Source: Gammaproteobacteria bacterium
GTDB lineage: Bacteria > Pseudomonadota > Gammaproteobacteria > Berkiellales > Berkiellaceae
NCBI GenBank assembly: GCA_016191245.1
Contig: JACPOY010000004.1
Span: 3,159 to 67,158, forward strand
DNA length: 64,000 nt
Direction: 5' to 3'
Below are positions 9,982 through 20,176 of this stretch, piece by piece. Every line of letters starts with the position of its first letter. The first letter of the stretch is position 1. The position numbers were made by a program, and so were the translations under genes. The notes beneath the pieces are model-generated. The model was not told the origin of the DNA and did not search any database. It was given only the letters and a program-made list of their open reading frames with translations.

Positions 9982-10767
9982 TTATTCTAAAAACCAAGGA
10001 AATGAGGTGGCTTTGGGAAGAGAGAAATTAGTAGGGTAGCCAACATCTACCAAATATAATCCATTTGCAGGTGCCATTACTCCCGCAGCACGCCTGTCTT
10101 TTGCATGCAAAACCTCTCGTATCCATTCTGGAGGAGATTTACGCTGTCCCACAACAATTAATGTTCCAACAATATTTCGAACCATATGATGTAAGAAAGC
10201 ATTGGCTTTTACATCGATAATAATAGTGTCTTTTCGACGGATTATTTCAATATTATGTATTGTACGAGTAGCAGTTTTAGCCTGGCAATGGGTACCACGA
10301 AATGAACTAAAATCATGGCTACCAATAAGATGTTTTGCACCAATTTGCATTAACGATGTTTCTAGCTCACCCAATACCCAAGTGATGGCTTTATTTAATA
10401 TACCAGGGCAAACGGAGCGATTATTGATAACATAACAATATCGACGCCAAAGCGCTGATTTTCTAGCATCAAATTCAGATTCAACCAATTTGCACCACAT
10501 GACCCTGATATCTTTTGGCAAATAGGTATTCACCCCCCTTAGCCATGCAAACTCTGGCCTTGTAGCCTGGGTATCAAAATGTATTACCTGCCCAAATGCA
10601 TGAACACCAGCATCTGTTCGACCTGCACAAAACACTGAAATGGGATGCGCTGCTACTTTAGAAAGTGCAAACTCGACATGAGCTTGAATAGAAGGCTGAT
10701 GCTGTTGCCTCTGCCACCCAAAATAATTTGAGCCATCATATTCAATACCAAGAGCAATACGTTGCAT
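9982..10767 (-). CDS. truA: tRNA pseudouridine(38-40) synthase
   Basis: YDGSNYFGWQ, AGRTDAGVHA, FLHHMVRNIVG. Confidence 0.98.
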   Translation of the reverse strand: MQRIALGIEYDGSNYFGWQRQQHQPSIQAHVEFALSKVAAHPISVFCAGRTDAGVHAFGQVIHFDTQATRPEFAWLRGVNTYLPKDIRVMWCKLVESEFDARKSALWRRYCYVINNRSVCPGILNKAITWVLGELETSLMQIGAKHLIGSHDFSSFRGTHCQAKTATRTIHNIEIIRRKDTIIIDVKANAFLHHMVRNIVGTLIVVGQRKSPPEWIREVLHAKDRRAAGVMAPANGLYLVDVGYPTNFSLPKATSFPWFLE

Positions 10768-10816
10768 GTTCTCGTTTTCATCTGTGAAAAGAAGAGAGGA
10801 ATTATATCAAATTCTT

Positions 10817-12556
10817 CTAGAAGTGGGTATGTATATGATTAGGATCTATCTCAACTTGAGTTAATGCCTGTGTTTGAACTTGGGTAGTAGCATGAAACGG
10901 AGCGCCATTTTCCTCTGTCACAGTCATCACTATCTCCTTCCCACCTTCTCTAGACATCAATGGTGTCCATGTGACTTGTGCTTCAAGCACATGGTGCAAA
11001 TCCAATCCCTGCTGCTGGGATAAGTGATCTGTCATTGGCATTTCCATAATATCATGCAAATTTAATACGTGCTGAGATTGCTCATGCATGAAATTTGTAT
11101 GCAATAAATCATGCTGGCTATCGTATGCAAAAGAATTACCATGCGAGATCTCAACCGTTACGTGAGGGGTTTGCGTAAGTCCTGTGGCATATAAAGTAAA
11201 ATGATCAATAATTTCATTTGGCTTGGTATTGTCTTCAGATAGAAATAACTTTTTTAAATTACTGAACTGATGTTCCAAAAGATCTGAATGTATTTGAGAT
11301 AGTACAATACTATCATGAAAATCAACTGGTAAATGTGAAAAGTCATTATCAATTAATCTTTCTTCTGGAACGCGGTCAAAAAGAAAATTTCCAGTTATTT
11401 TATGATGTATAATATCGTAATTAAGTTTATCATAAAAATTACCGATCGCTTCAGGGATAAGCAGAAAGTTGTTGTATCCATTTTGATGTGAAAGTGAAAA
11501 ACTATCGCCTTTTAAAAAGTCTTTCATTAGATCATATTCAGAATATATATCTTTGATTAATAAATTTAACGCATGATCACTTAACCCAAAGTGTTTGGTA
11601 AAAACATTAGAATGCACGGGATGTTGTGTCCAACCATGAGATTCTCCAGACAATGATATTATGCCCTGATGTCCAAAGCCATATTTGACGTCTTTAGGCT
11701 GCTCAATAGTTACTGTTGCTGCAAACGCATGATGTGCAGCCAAAGGCAACAGAAGCAAAAGAGCCAAATTTATTGTCAATTTATCAGATGAATCTTCAGG
11801 TTTTCTGTTTACTAGTGCATTTGATTGATAATTTCTGTATGAAATTTTTGGATATGTTATTTTAACTGAACGAATAGTATCAACAATTCTTTTATTATGT
11901 TCATTAATGTGGGTTACGCACACTCTAACGACGAAATCATCATTGTTTTCTGATGGTCCCAAAAGATGGATTTTATTTCGAAAACTATCTGAATCAGAAA
12001 CCTCTTCTAATCCAAAACCATTTTTCACTTGGTTTTCATTAAATATAAATGTAATTGCTTTTACTAAAGAAAATAATCCTGTACCATCTTTGGGTAATTC
12101 AATTTTTCCATCTTGATTAATTAGTGCTTCATATTGATTGCCGCCAATATCTGTAATAAGCACAAAATCAGCTTTGGGAAAGTTGTTATTCGCATTATCA
12201 TTATCTTTAGCCCCATAACCGTTAATAAGTAATGGATGTGGAAATGAAAGATAATCTTTTGAAAAATCTGAATTTCCTAAAATATCGATTAATCCCTGCA
12301 CTGGCACCGTGATTTCTAAAGCATGATCTTCTTTAAGAAATTCCATTTCATCTTTAATATCTATCTCTTGGCAAAAACTTTTTAATCTTTCAAAATCTTT
12401 TTTCGTGCCAAGAGAAGCAAATCCTGGCGATTGAAAATTAAAATTCTTTGAAAGTATATTATTTGGGCAAAGTTGAGCTTTAACAGTCAATGTAGAAAAG
12501 ATCTGCGGTATTACACGTGCTTTTTCTGAACGCATTTTCTTAACTGGAAGGATCAC
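10817..12556 (-). CDS. Orphan hypothetical protein (579 aa)
   Basis: Long ORF, GTG start preceded by GGAG; no family recognised; one internal hydrophobic segment; His-rich C-terminal half. Confidence 0.75.
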   Translation of the reverse strand: MILPVKKMRSEKARVIPQIFSTLTVKAQLCPNNILSKNFNFQSPGFASLGTKKDFERLKSFCQEIDIKDEMEFLKEDHALEITVPVQGLIDILGNSDFSKDYLSFPHPLLINGYGAKDNDNANNNFPKADFVLITDIGGNQYEALINQDGKIELPKDGTGLFSLVKAITFIFNENQVKNGFGLEEVSDSDSFRNKIHLLGPSENNDDFVVRVCVTHINEHNKRIVDTIRSVKITYPKISYRNYQSNALVNRKPEDSSDKLTINLALLLLLPLAAHHAFAATVTIEQPKDVKYGFGHQGIISLSGESHGWTQHPVHSNVFTKHFGLSDHALNLLIKDIYSEYDLMKDFLKGDSFSLSHQNGYNNFLLIPEAIGNFYDKLNYDIIHHKITGNFLFDRVPEERLIDNDFSHLPVDFHDSIVLSQIHSDLLEHQFSNLKKLFLSEDNTKPNEIIDHFTLYATGLTQTPHVTVEISHGNSFAYDSQHDLLHTNFMHEQSQHVLNLHDIMEMPMTDHLSQQQGLDLHHVLEAQVTWTPLMSREGGKEIVMTVTEENGAPFHATTQVQTQALTQVEIDPNHIHTHF

Positions 12557-12657
12557 AAGGGGGCTCCTCAGGGTGCTAAAATCACAGGTATCAGTTAATT
12601 TTATCTACTAACTATACTTGTAGCACAAAACTGAGAGACCTAGATGGAAAGTTAACT

Positions 12658-12691
12658 AAAAAAGCAAAAGCCTCAACATTACTTGAGGCTT
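12658..12691 (-). terminator. Rho-independent terminator
   Basis: Stem AAGCCTCAA / TTGAGGCTT with a 6-nt loop, followed on the minus strand by UUGCUUUUUU. Confidence 0.85.
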
Positions 12692-12702
12692 CTATTCATT
12701 AT

Positions 12703-12788
12703 TTTGTTATTATTATTTCCCTGATTGTTATTATCATTTCCTTACTATATCGTTACTTTGTTATTATTATTTCCCTGATTGTTATTAT
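12703..12788. repeat. 32-bp direct repeat, two copies 54 bp apart
   Basis: TTTGTTATTATTATTTCCCTGATTGTTATTAT at ~12703 and ~12757. Confidence 0.9.
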
Positions 12789-13027
12789 TGTTCCTTCCTG
12801 AAAGATAAATTAATTTTATTTTCCCTCATTATTGTTTTTATTCCATTCTTATTATGCTTATTTTAACCCCAGTGTTTTTCGTTACGCCCGTCGAATTCAA
12901 TCGACTTAAGACTATTAAATCACATGAATGAGGATGGCGATATTGTCCCTTGGGGCAATGGACTGATTACCAAGTTTGGTTATAGGTCATAGACTTTGCA
13001 GGTAAACTTCTTGCTAAAAATGATGGG

Positions 13028-15355
13028 TTATTTTTTATTGAGCTGATCAAGGAGTAGCTGCACATTTTCCTGTTGAGTTGGTGTTCCTTTGGATAATATG
13101 TTGATTAACAATTCTCTTGCAGCCTCTATATCACCCACTTCCATATAAGCTTTAGCAAGAGAAATTTGAGCATGAACTTCATCTAGATCATTTACCAGTT
13201 CTAATTTTTCGGTTTGTTTGATAGGTGCAGAAGAAGTTTTCGTTTCTGGTATTGAATCGGATTCAACGATATGATGCGTTGCTAAATCTAAATGGGTATC
13301 CCCAGCTGTCTTAGGTATTTCTATAGACTGAGTATTGATATGAATTGCTTTTTCGCTCTCTACCTTTTCTTGAAGTAAAACAATCTTGGACCATACTTTG
13401 GGTGATATTTCTTTCAAATCTTTTGGAACAGTTTTATACCACTTTTCATAATCATGATATTTTTCAGTTAATACATATAATTCTAATAATTTAAGTAATG
13501 CGTCCCAATAGGCAGGATCCTGTGCAGCAATATCATTTTTGAGAATTTCTTGCAAAATCTTTTCAGCTTGTTGATATCTCTCATAGGCAATATAAATTTC
13601 AGCATCCTCAAGTGAGGCTATTGATTTTTTATGCAGATTTTCTTGTTCTTGTTTAGAAAGAGCACTATGTCCACCTACTTGAGGTTTGAGATATCTATTT
13701 TCTTCACTTGATACTGCTTCCAATGCTTTTTCTAAATCAAAATGCAAACCATAGTTAACTTGTACATCTGTAGATGACATATCTGGAGTTTTTTGAGCTT
13801 CTTTAAGTTGTGGCTTATAGCGATAAAAAGAATTCATCAGATTAGCCATCCAACCAAGCACCTTATGCAAACGGTGCCTACTAAACCAAAGCCATCCAAT
13901 CACCGAACATGACAGAACAAATAAAAACATTATATAAATAAGATCTTTTCTTATATCAGAATGTTTCTCATATTGAACATCATTAGAATTGGCGTCTGCA
14001 GCGCGAGATGGTGATACTTTTGGCGAGGCTGAAGATGCTTTAACATGATGTTCTGGCGAATCGGGTAATTGCTTAGATTTAATTTTAGGTATTGTATCTG
14101 GTGTCGCAACAGCATAAGACTTGTTCGGCCCCATTGTTGATTTAGTAGCAATTTCATGTGGTTGAACAGGTCCATCCAATAATGCTTTTTGTACAACGAC
14201 TTGCCTTAAGTGAGTAATTTCATCTTCTTTTAGGATCAATTGTTTTGCTAATGTTTCATTCTGATTTTGTAAATGTAGGTTTTTCTGAGAAATGTCTTCA
14301 TTTGATCTTTTTAACGTATCAATAGCCTCTTCAATCAGAGATAGCCTTTGAGCAACAAATTGACGAGTATCGATCTGAGATGGTTGCGTACTTTTCTCTT
14401 TAGATAAAAGCTCTGGGTTTTTCTTAGATATGCTATCGTCATTCTCAGCTAGCGGCGCAATAAGTTTTAATGGTTTTTGCGTGTCATCGACATATTCTTT
14501 TGTTTTAGTATAAGCAGGTTCTTTTTCTAATTGGACAGCTTGAAAAGACTCTCGATTCAGATTGTTGGCTTTGCTTTCAACAAAATTTTGCGCATTACCT
14601 TCTGAGTAATGGCTTAATTCTTGTTCTGTAGGCAAGTTAAGAACAGAACCTTGTTTAATATAGTTAATATTGCCCTGATAAAAAGCTTGCATATTTTTAT
14701 CTGCAATTGCCACAACGCCTTGCTGAACTGTAAAATCACTGTTTTCAACAAGTTTTTTGGCAATACTCCACAATGTCTCATCAAAAACTGGCCCATATTT
14801 ACTACCATAAAGTAGGGCCCCTTTTCCTTGCTTAAAGGTGCCAGTCTCTTGCTTTTGTATCTTCGTAGATTGATGAAATTGCGTTGGACTGTCAAAAGAT
14901 TTTTCTGATATCACTTTTGCCAAAGCAATTTTTGATTGGCTTGAGGATGCTTTTGGTGGATCAAGCAAAATCGTATATTCTTTAATAATTTTTCCACCAG
15001 GCCATGCAACCTGAATCAATAAATCAGCAAAGGGATCTTTCACCGGTTGCTTAGTCGATAATTGAATAACATGCTTGCCATTTTTAAGAGTAGTAATTTG
15101 AAATTGGATATGATTTAACCACCCCGATGGTTCAAGGCCTGCTTTTATAAATGCAGGTGAATCGGCAATAGATGTAATAATATCGGAAGGTTCAATTCCT
15201 TTAATATCTACTAAACCAATTTGAGCATCAAGCGGTTCATTGAGATGTGAATTTAACTTAAGTTCACCAAGTCCTAAGGCAAAAGAGATTGACGGCAATA
15301 GTCCGAAAAACAAACACGACATGCATGTCGAAGCAAGTCTTCGAACTTTTTTCAC
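13028..15355 (-). CDS. fimV: FimV/HubP family polar landmark protein
   Basis: ALGLGELKLNSHLNEPLDAQI N-terminus, LysM-like TLWSIA, central TM, C-terminal LAKAYMEVGDIEAARELL; next to asd. Confidence 0.9.
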   Translation of the reverse strand: MKKVRRLASTCMSCLFFGLLPSISFALGLGELKLNSHLNEPLDAQIGLVDIKGIEPSDIITSIADSPAFIKAGLEPSGWLNHIQFQITTLKNGKHVIQLSTKQPVKDPFADLLIQVAWPGGKIIKEYTILLDPPKASSSQSKIALAKVISEKSFDSPTQFHQSTKIQKQETGTFKQGKGALLYGSKYGPVFDETLWSIAKKLVENSDFTVQQGVVAIADKNMQAFYQGNINYIKQGSVLNLPTEQELSHYSEGNAQNFVESKANNLNRESFQAVQLEKEPAYTKTKEYVDDTQKPLKLIAPLAENDDSISKKNPELLSKEKSTQPSQIDTRQFVAQRLSLIEEAIDTLKRSNEDISQKNLHLQNQNETLAKQLILKEDEITHLRQVVVQKALLDGPVQPHEIATKSTMGPNKSYAVATPDTIPKIKSKQLPDSPEHHVKASSASPKVSPSRAADANSNDVQYEKHSDIRKDLIYIMFLFVLSCSVIGWLWFSRHRLHKVLGWMANLMNSFYRYKPQLKEAQKTPDMSSTDVQVNYGLHFDLEKALEAVSSEENRYLKPQVGGHSALSKQEQENLHKKSIASLEDAEIYIAYERYQQAEKILQEILKNDIAAQDPAYWDALLKLLELYVLTEKYHDYEKWYKTVPKDLKEISPKVWSKIVLLQEKVESEKAIHINTQSIEIPKTAGDTHLDLATHHIVESDSIPETKTSSAPIKQTEKLELVNDLDEVHAQISLAKAYMEVGDIEAARELLINILSKGTPTQQENVQLLLDQLNKK

Positions 15356-15446
15356 ATAAATCTCCTACGTATTTTCGATTTTAGTGAATTTGCTTACTTG
15401 CAAAAATTAAAAAGCAATCCACCGCTACTCTTAACATACTATAGGT

Positions 15447-16469
15447 TTATAAATAATCTCTTACCAGTATTTGTGCAATTTGTATACTATTGAGGGCTGC
15501 CCCTTTACGAATGTTATCTGCAACCACCCAAAAATTAAGACCAAATTCATGTGAGATATCTTCTCTAATTCGACCAACGAAAACAGCATTCTTGCCAGAT
15601 GCTTCTGTAACAGGACTTGGGTAACCGTGATTTTCAAGTTTATCTTTTACGATAACTCCTGGAGCTTTACTCAGTAGTTCTTTTGCCTCATGAGCGGATA
15701 ATTTTTTCTTTGTTTCAATATGAATAGCCTCAGCATGACCAAAGAAAACCGGAACACGCACCGCTGTAGGGTTTACTTTAATTTCTTTGTCATTCAATAT
15801 TTTACGCGTTTCATTGACCATTTTCATTTCTTCTTTTGTATAACCATTTGGTTCAAAAGCATCGATATGAGGAATGAGATTAAACGCAATTTGCATCGGG
15901 TAAACTTCAGAGGTTACATCGCGTCCAGATAAGGAATCTATTGTCTGCCTCGCTAATTCTTCAATAGCCGCTTTTCCCGTTCCAGATACTGATTGATAAG
16001 TTGCAATATTAATCCGTGAAATCCCAGCTACATCATAAATGGGCTTCAATGCTACTAACATTTGAATTGTCGAACAGTTTGGATTCGAAATGATGTTTCG
16101 ATTTTTATAATACTGAATATCATCTGGATTTACTTCAGGGATAACAAGTGGAATATCATCATCATTTCTAAAATGCGAAGTGTTATCAATGACGATACAA
16201 CCTGCTCTTGCTGCGATGGGAGCGTATTTGGCTGAGACACTTCCACCAGCAGAAAATAACGCAATTTGAACTTTTGTAAAATCAAAGGTTTCAACATCAT
16301 CAACGACCAGTGTTTCATCGTTAAATATAACTGATTCGCCTTTAGAGCGATGACTGGCCAGAGGATATAATCGATTGATCGGAAATTTTTCTTCCGATAA
16401 AATTTCAATCATAGCTTGACCGACTGTGCCTGTTGCACCTAATACGGCAACATCAAATTTTTTACTCAT
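15447..16469 (-). CDS. asd: Aspartate-semialdehyde dehydrogenase
   Basis: GATGTVG, NPNCST, RVPVFFGH, DNIRKGAALN. Confidence 0.98.
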   Translation of the reverse strand: MSKKFDVAVLGATGTVGQAMIEILSEEKFPINRLYPLASHRSKGESVIFNDETLVVDDVETFDFTKVQIALFSAGGSVSAKYAPIAARAGCIVIDNTSHFRNDDDIPLVIPEVNPDDIQYYKNRNIISNPNCSTIQMLVALKPIYDVAGISRINIATYQSVSGTGKAAIEELARQTIDSLSGRDVTSEVYPMQIAFNLIPHIDAFEPNGYTKEEMKMVNETRKILNDKEIKVNPTAVRVPVFFGHAEAIHIETKKKLSAHEAKELLSKAPGVIVKDKLENHGYPSPVTEASGKNAVFVGRIREDISHEFGLNFWVVADNIRKGAALNSIQIAQILVRDYL

Positions 16470-16477
16470 CTTTTACC

Positions 16478-16675
16478 TTAAGAATGCTTGAGCATAAAGA
16501 CCATTAAGGTTACCGCTCCAATAAGAATTAAAGCAAGAATACCCATTGTCGAAAAACTCTTATTGATATTTTTTTTACTTAACATTTCTGGATTGGATTG
16601 AATTTGTTTATAGAGCATCCAAACTAAAAATAAGCACGCTCCAGCTGCGAGTATCTTTATTAATGTGTCCATCAT
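16478..16675 (-). CDS. Small two-TM membrane protein
   Basis: Likely start MMDTL overlapping the aroC stop (ATGA); two hydrophobic helices. Confidence 0.7.
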   Translation of the reverse strand: MMDTLIKILAAGACLFLVWMLYKQIQSNPEMLSKKNINKSFSTMGILALILIGAVTLMVFMLKHS

Positions 16676-17739
16676 TTCCCCCGCCTTTGACCAAACATAC
16701 ATAACCAATGATCCATCACCACTAAAGCCACCATAGCCTCAGCAACAGGAACAGCACGGATCCCCACACAAACATCATGACGCCCCGTGACAACAACTTC
16801 TACTGGCTTACCTTCTTCATCAATGCTTCTTGCCGGAATGCGAATACTTGATGCTGGCTTTAGAGCGATACTTGCAAGAATTGATTGTGAGGTTGAAATA
16901 CCAGCCAAAATTCCCCCACTATGATTGCTCAAAAAACCATTTACGGTCATTTCATCTCGGTTCTGCGAACCTCTTTGAGTAATCACTTGAAAACCATCAC
17001 CAATTTCTACACCTTTTACCGCATTAATGCTCATTAATGCTTTTGCAAGATCAGCATCTAATCTATCAAATACCGGTTCGCCTAGACCTGCGGGCACATT
17101 ATCAGCTTGTATATTTATTTTTGCACCAATGGAATCGCCACTTCGACGTAATTCTTCAATCAAAGCTTCCATTTGGCCTATTTTAGAACTGTCCGGACAA
17201 AAAAATGGATTAAGATTTACTTGCTCCCAGGAGAATTTTTCCATATCAATGGCAATCTCGCCCATCTTTGCAAGGTAAGCTTTAATCGTAATTTTTGCTT
17301 CTTCAAATAAATATTTTTTTGCAATGGCACCTGCAGCTACTCTCGTAGCCGTTTCTCTGGCAGAGGCCCGGCCACCACCACGATAATCTCTCATTCCGTA
17401 TTTCTTAAAATAGGTATAATCACCATGTCCTGGACGAAAAACATTTTTTATATTTTCATAATCTTTCGTTCGTGAATCTTCATTTGGAATGAGTAAGGCA
17501 ATAGGAGCCCCTGTCGTTTTGCCTTCAAATAGTCCTGATAGAATTTGAACTCGATCATTTTCACGTCTTTGGGTTGTAACATGTGATTGTCCGGGTTTGC
17601 GTCTATCAAGTTCAATTTGGATATCTGATTCAGCTAAGGAAAGTCCGGCAGGACAACCATCAACGACACAACCTATCGCTGGGCCATGACTTTCCCCAAA
17701 TGACGTGACACAAAAAAGTTTTCCAATAGTGTTACCCAC
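16672..17739 (-). CDS. aroC: Chorismate synthase
   Basis: [26 protein letters not shown]. Confidence 0.98.
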   Translation of the reverse strand: MGNTIGKLFCVTSFGESHGPAIGCVVDGCPAGLSLAESDIQIELDRRKPGQSHVTTQRRENDRVQILSGLFEGKTTGAPIALLIPNEDSRTKDYENIKNVFRPGHGDYTYFKKYGMRDYRGGGRASARETATRVAAGAIAKKYLFEEAKITIKAYLAKMGEIAIDMEKFSWEQVNLNPFFCPDSSKIGQMEALIEELRRSGDSIGAKINIQADNVPAGLGEPVFDRLDADLAKALMSINAVKGVEIGDGFQVITQRGSQNRDEMTVNGFLSNHSGGILAGISTSQSILASIALKPASSIRIPARSIDEEGKPVEVVVTGRHDVCVGIRAVPVAEAMVALVVMDHWLCMFGQRRGK

Positions 17740-17743
17740 TATT

Positions 17744-18673
17744 TTACTCAGAAATCAAATGACGAAATTCGCGTAGTTCTTCTGATGTCAGTAAAAATAC
17801 GCCTTCTCCACCTTTTTCAAACTGCAACCAAGTAAATGGAATACCAGGTAATTCTGCCTCTAATAAATCTTGACCAAAACCTACTTCAACTATCAATATC
17901 CCTGTGGGAGAAAGATAATCTGCAGCATGAGCTAAAATTCGACGAATAATACCAAGACCATCTTCGTCACATAACAACGCTTGTTTAGGTTCTCGTATGT
18001 ATTCTGCAGGTAATGCATCATATTCTGCTTTACCTACATAAGGTGGATTCGAAACGATGATGTCATATTGTTTGCCAGATAGAGCAGTAAATAAATCCGA
18101 CTGGATTAAATTTACATTTTCTTCTAATCCAAATCGTTCAACATTGATTTTAGCAACTTCTAATGCACTGCTACTGATATCAACAGCATCTACGATAGCA
18201 TCTGGAAAAGTGAATGCAGCACTTATTGCTATACATCCTGAACCTGTGCAAAGATCAAGAATACGTTGAACATTTCCTTCTTCAACCCACGGGCTAAATT
18301 CATCTTCTAATAATTCAGCTATCGGTGAACGTGGAATTAACACACGTTCGTCAACATAAAAATTCAAACCCGCAAACCAGGCTTCATTTACAAGATAAGG
18401 AACAGGAATACGTTCTTCTACTCTTCTTTTTACTCTTTGAACAATGAGCTCTTTTTCTGCTAGAACCAGTTTTGCATCTAAAACATTTGTATCGATATCT
18501 GGTGGAAGATGCAAAGAAGTTAATACCAAATTAACAGCTTCGTCCCAACCATTATCGGTACCATGACCATAAACTAGATCTGCTTGATTGAATTGGGTAA
18601 CGGCCCATCGAATAAAATCTCGAATGGTGACCATTTGTTCTACAGCCTCATTGGTATCAATACCCTTTGACAT
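17744..18673 (-). CDS. prmB: Ribosomal protein L3 glutamine methyltransferase
   Basis: [32 protein letters not shown]. Confidence 0.96.
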   Translation of the reverse strand: MSKGIDTNEAVEQMVTIRDFIRWAVTQFNQADLVYGHGTDNGWDEAVNLVLTSLHLPPDIDTNVLDAKLVLAEKELIVQRVKRRVEERIPVPYLVNEAWFAGLNFYVDERVLIPRSPIAELLEDEFSPWVEEGNVQRILDLCTGSGCIAISAAFTFPDAIVDAVDISSSALEVAKINVERFGLEENVNLIQSDLFTALSGKQYDIIVSNPPYVGKAEYDALPAEYIREPKQALLCDEDGLGIIRRILAHAADYLSPTGILIVEVGFGQDLLEAELPGIPFTWLQFEKGGEGVFLLTSEELREFRHLISE

Positions 18674-19000
18674 TACTTCTTCTCACCTTAAAATCATGAC
18701 AATTGTTCATTCTGCAAAGAAAAGGCACCAAAATCAACAAGAATCTATGAATCAAAGCCAACTTGGTCTAGATTTACGGCAATTACTCCCAACTAGGGAA
18801 ATAACAGCACATCCAAATTTAGTTAAATACCCAAGCACCTGATTTTTAAATAAATAATAGTCAGGCTTCCCCCCCTCTACCCCTCTAAGACCAAAGTCCA
18901 GTATACAGTTACAGCAATCCATGATGAGATAAATTAATGTAATAGCGTCAAGGAAATATGTGTATGAACGCCCTTGTTATTACATTTTTGAGGGTAAAGT

Positions 19001-20176
19001 ATGAGTGAAATTAAATTCGATATCTCGATGGATCCTGACAATATTAACCTTCCTTCAAAAGTAATACATGAAGAAAGTACTTCATTTATTGATGAAGAAG
19101 GGTTACTTCCCGGAACATCAGAATCACGTGAGACAAGTGGTTTTCTAGCACTTTCTTATGGACAAACTCAACCTTCAGTTATTCAATTTGCTCCAATCGC
19201 AGATCAACAAGCATTAGTAAATATGGCATTAACTTCAAAAGGGGCAAATTTACATTATGAATTAATGCATAACAATCAGTTACTCGTGGCAACGCAAGGT
19301 GAAACTGACAATGCTGTGTTTACCGTACATTTGGACAAAAATGGAAGTTACACTTTTACTTTGCACAATCATTTAGATAGAACTTCTCCTCCAAATCTTG
19401 TCGCAAGCACTGAGCCTTCTCAAAACATTCATACTCAGCCTGGGGAGCTCTACCAACTTACATTTTATCATCAAGGGCATACTTCAGCTCAAAATGAAGC
19501 GAATGACGTCCAAATTTATTGGGGAGATAATTTAATTTACACTTTACCCTCAACAAAAAGTGAGGGTAAGGGTTATACATTTTCAGTTGAAGGTGTAGCG
19601 GGAGCAGATACGACTAAGTTGCAATTTGTGAGTACTGGTAATGAACATGCAATCAAAGACACCATTCATGATGTTTCTGTAATGAGTACGGCCCAAAACA
19701 AAGTACCCATTGATTTTGCCTATGTTGTCGCTGATATGCAAGGAAATGAAACACATGGTCAATTCACGGTTAATATAACAACAACTCCTCCTATCCAAGT
19801 AAGTAATCACGAACCTTTTGATGTAATCTTTGAACATGGAGTTTATCAAACAATTATCGTAAGCGATGGCAATGCGCAACATAATCCTCTCACAACCATA
19901 AACCTTGATAATTTATTTAATCATCTTGCAATTTCAGCTGAAAATCGAGTTGTAGAAGTTGTTCAAAGAGAAGAAAATGGTTTTGCCACGAATGTATACG
20001 AAGTGAAAATATCTGATAAAAGCCAATCCCTCGTTCCTATCACCGTTGCTGATGTGCAACTTTCATTTCCCGGAGGCGATGGAGGTCTACATGTTTTTCA
20101 ACGTAATATTTTCATAGAAGAAGGAGGCAGCAATTTAATGCCGCCTCTTGGACTTGGACACGATCATTTAGCCTAA
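19001..20176 (+). CDS. Compact protein built from RTX/T1SS-adhesin-like modules
   Basis: No signal peptide; FTVHLDKNGSYTFTLHNHLD and FAYVVADMQGN resemble Ig-like T1SS repeats; a jelly-roll-like segment (PGELYQLTFY...YWGD); C-terminal INLDNLF region. Confidence 0.6.
   Translation: MSEIKFDISMDPDNINLPSKVIHEESTSFIDEEGLLPGTSESRETSGFLALSYGQTQPSVIQFAPIADQQALVNMALTSKGANLHYELMHNNQLLVATQGETDNAVFTVHLDKNGSYTFTLHNHLDRTSPPNLVASTEPSQNIHTQPGELYQLTFYHQGHTSAQNEANDVQIYWGDNLIYTLPSTKSEGKGYTFSVEGVAGADTTKLQFVSTGNEHAIKDTIHDVSVMSTAQNKVPIDFAYVVADMQGNETHGQFTVNITTTPPIQVSNHEPFDVIFEHGVYQTIIVSDGNAQHNPLTTINLDNLFNHLAISAENRVVEVVQREENGFATNVYEVKISDKSQSLVPITVADVQLSFPGGDGGLHVFQRNIFIEEGGSNLMPPLGLGHDHLA

Larger units (their letters stand above)
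12658..12860 (-). ncRNA. Candidate regulatory sRNA (Csr/Rsm- and/or Hfq-binding); 5' end unknown
   Basis: Non-coding interval ending in a terminator; minus strand carries six ANGGA motifs and AAUAAUAAC tracts. Confidence 0.5.

Noticed and set aside
12703-12788. Mini CRISPR array (32-bp repeats with a 22-bp spacer)
   Set aside because: Only two copies, low complexity, not palindromic, the spacer shares repeat motifs, and no cas genes are in the window
12691-12801. Hydrophobic plus-strand frame (SIHYFVIIISLIVIII...) as a toxin-like peptide
   Set aside because: No in-frame ATG/GTG/TTG after the upstream stop; hydrophobicity follows from the T-rich repeat
18865-18890. CCCCCCCTCTACCCCTCT as a fifth BoxC-like copy
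   Set aside because: Only the pyrimidine arm is present, with no complementary half
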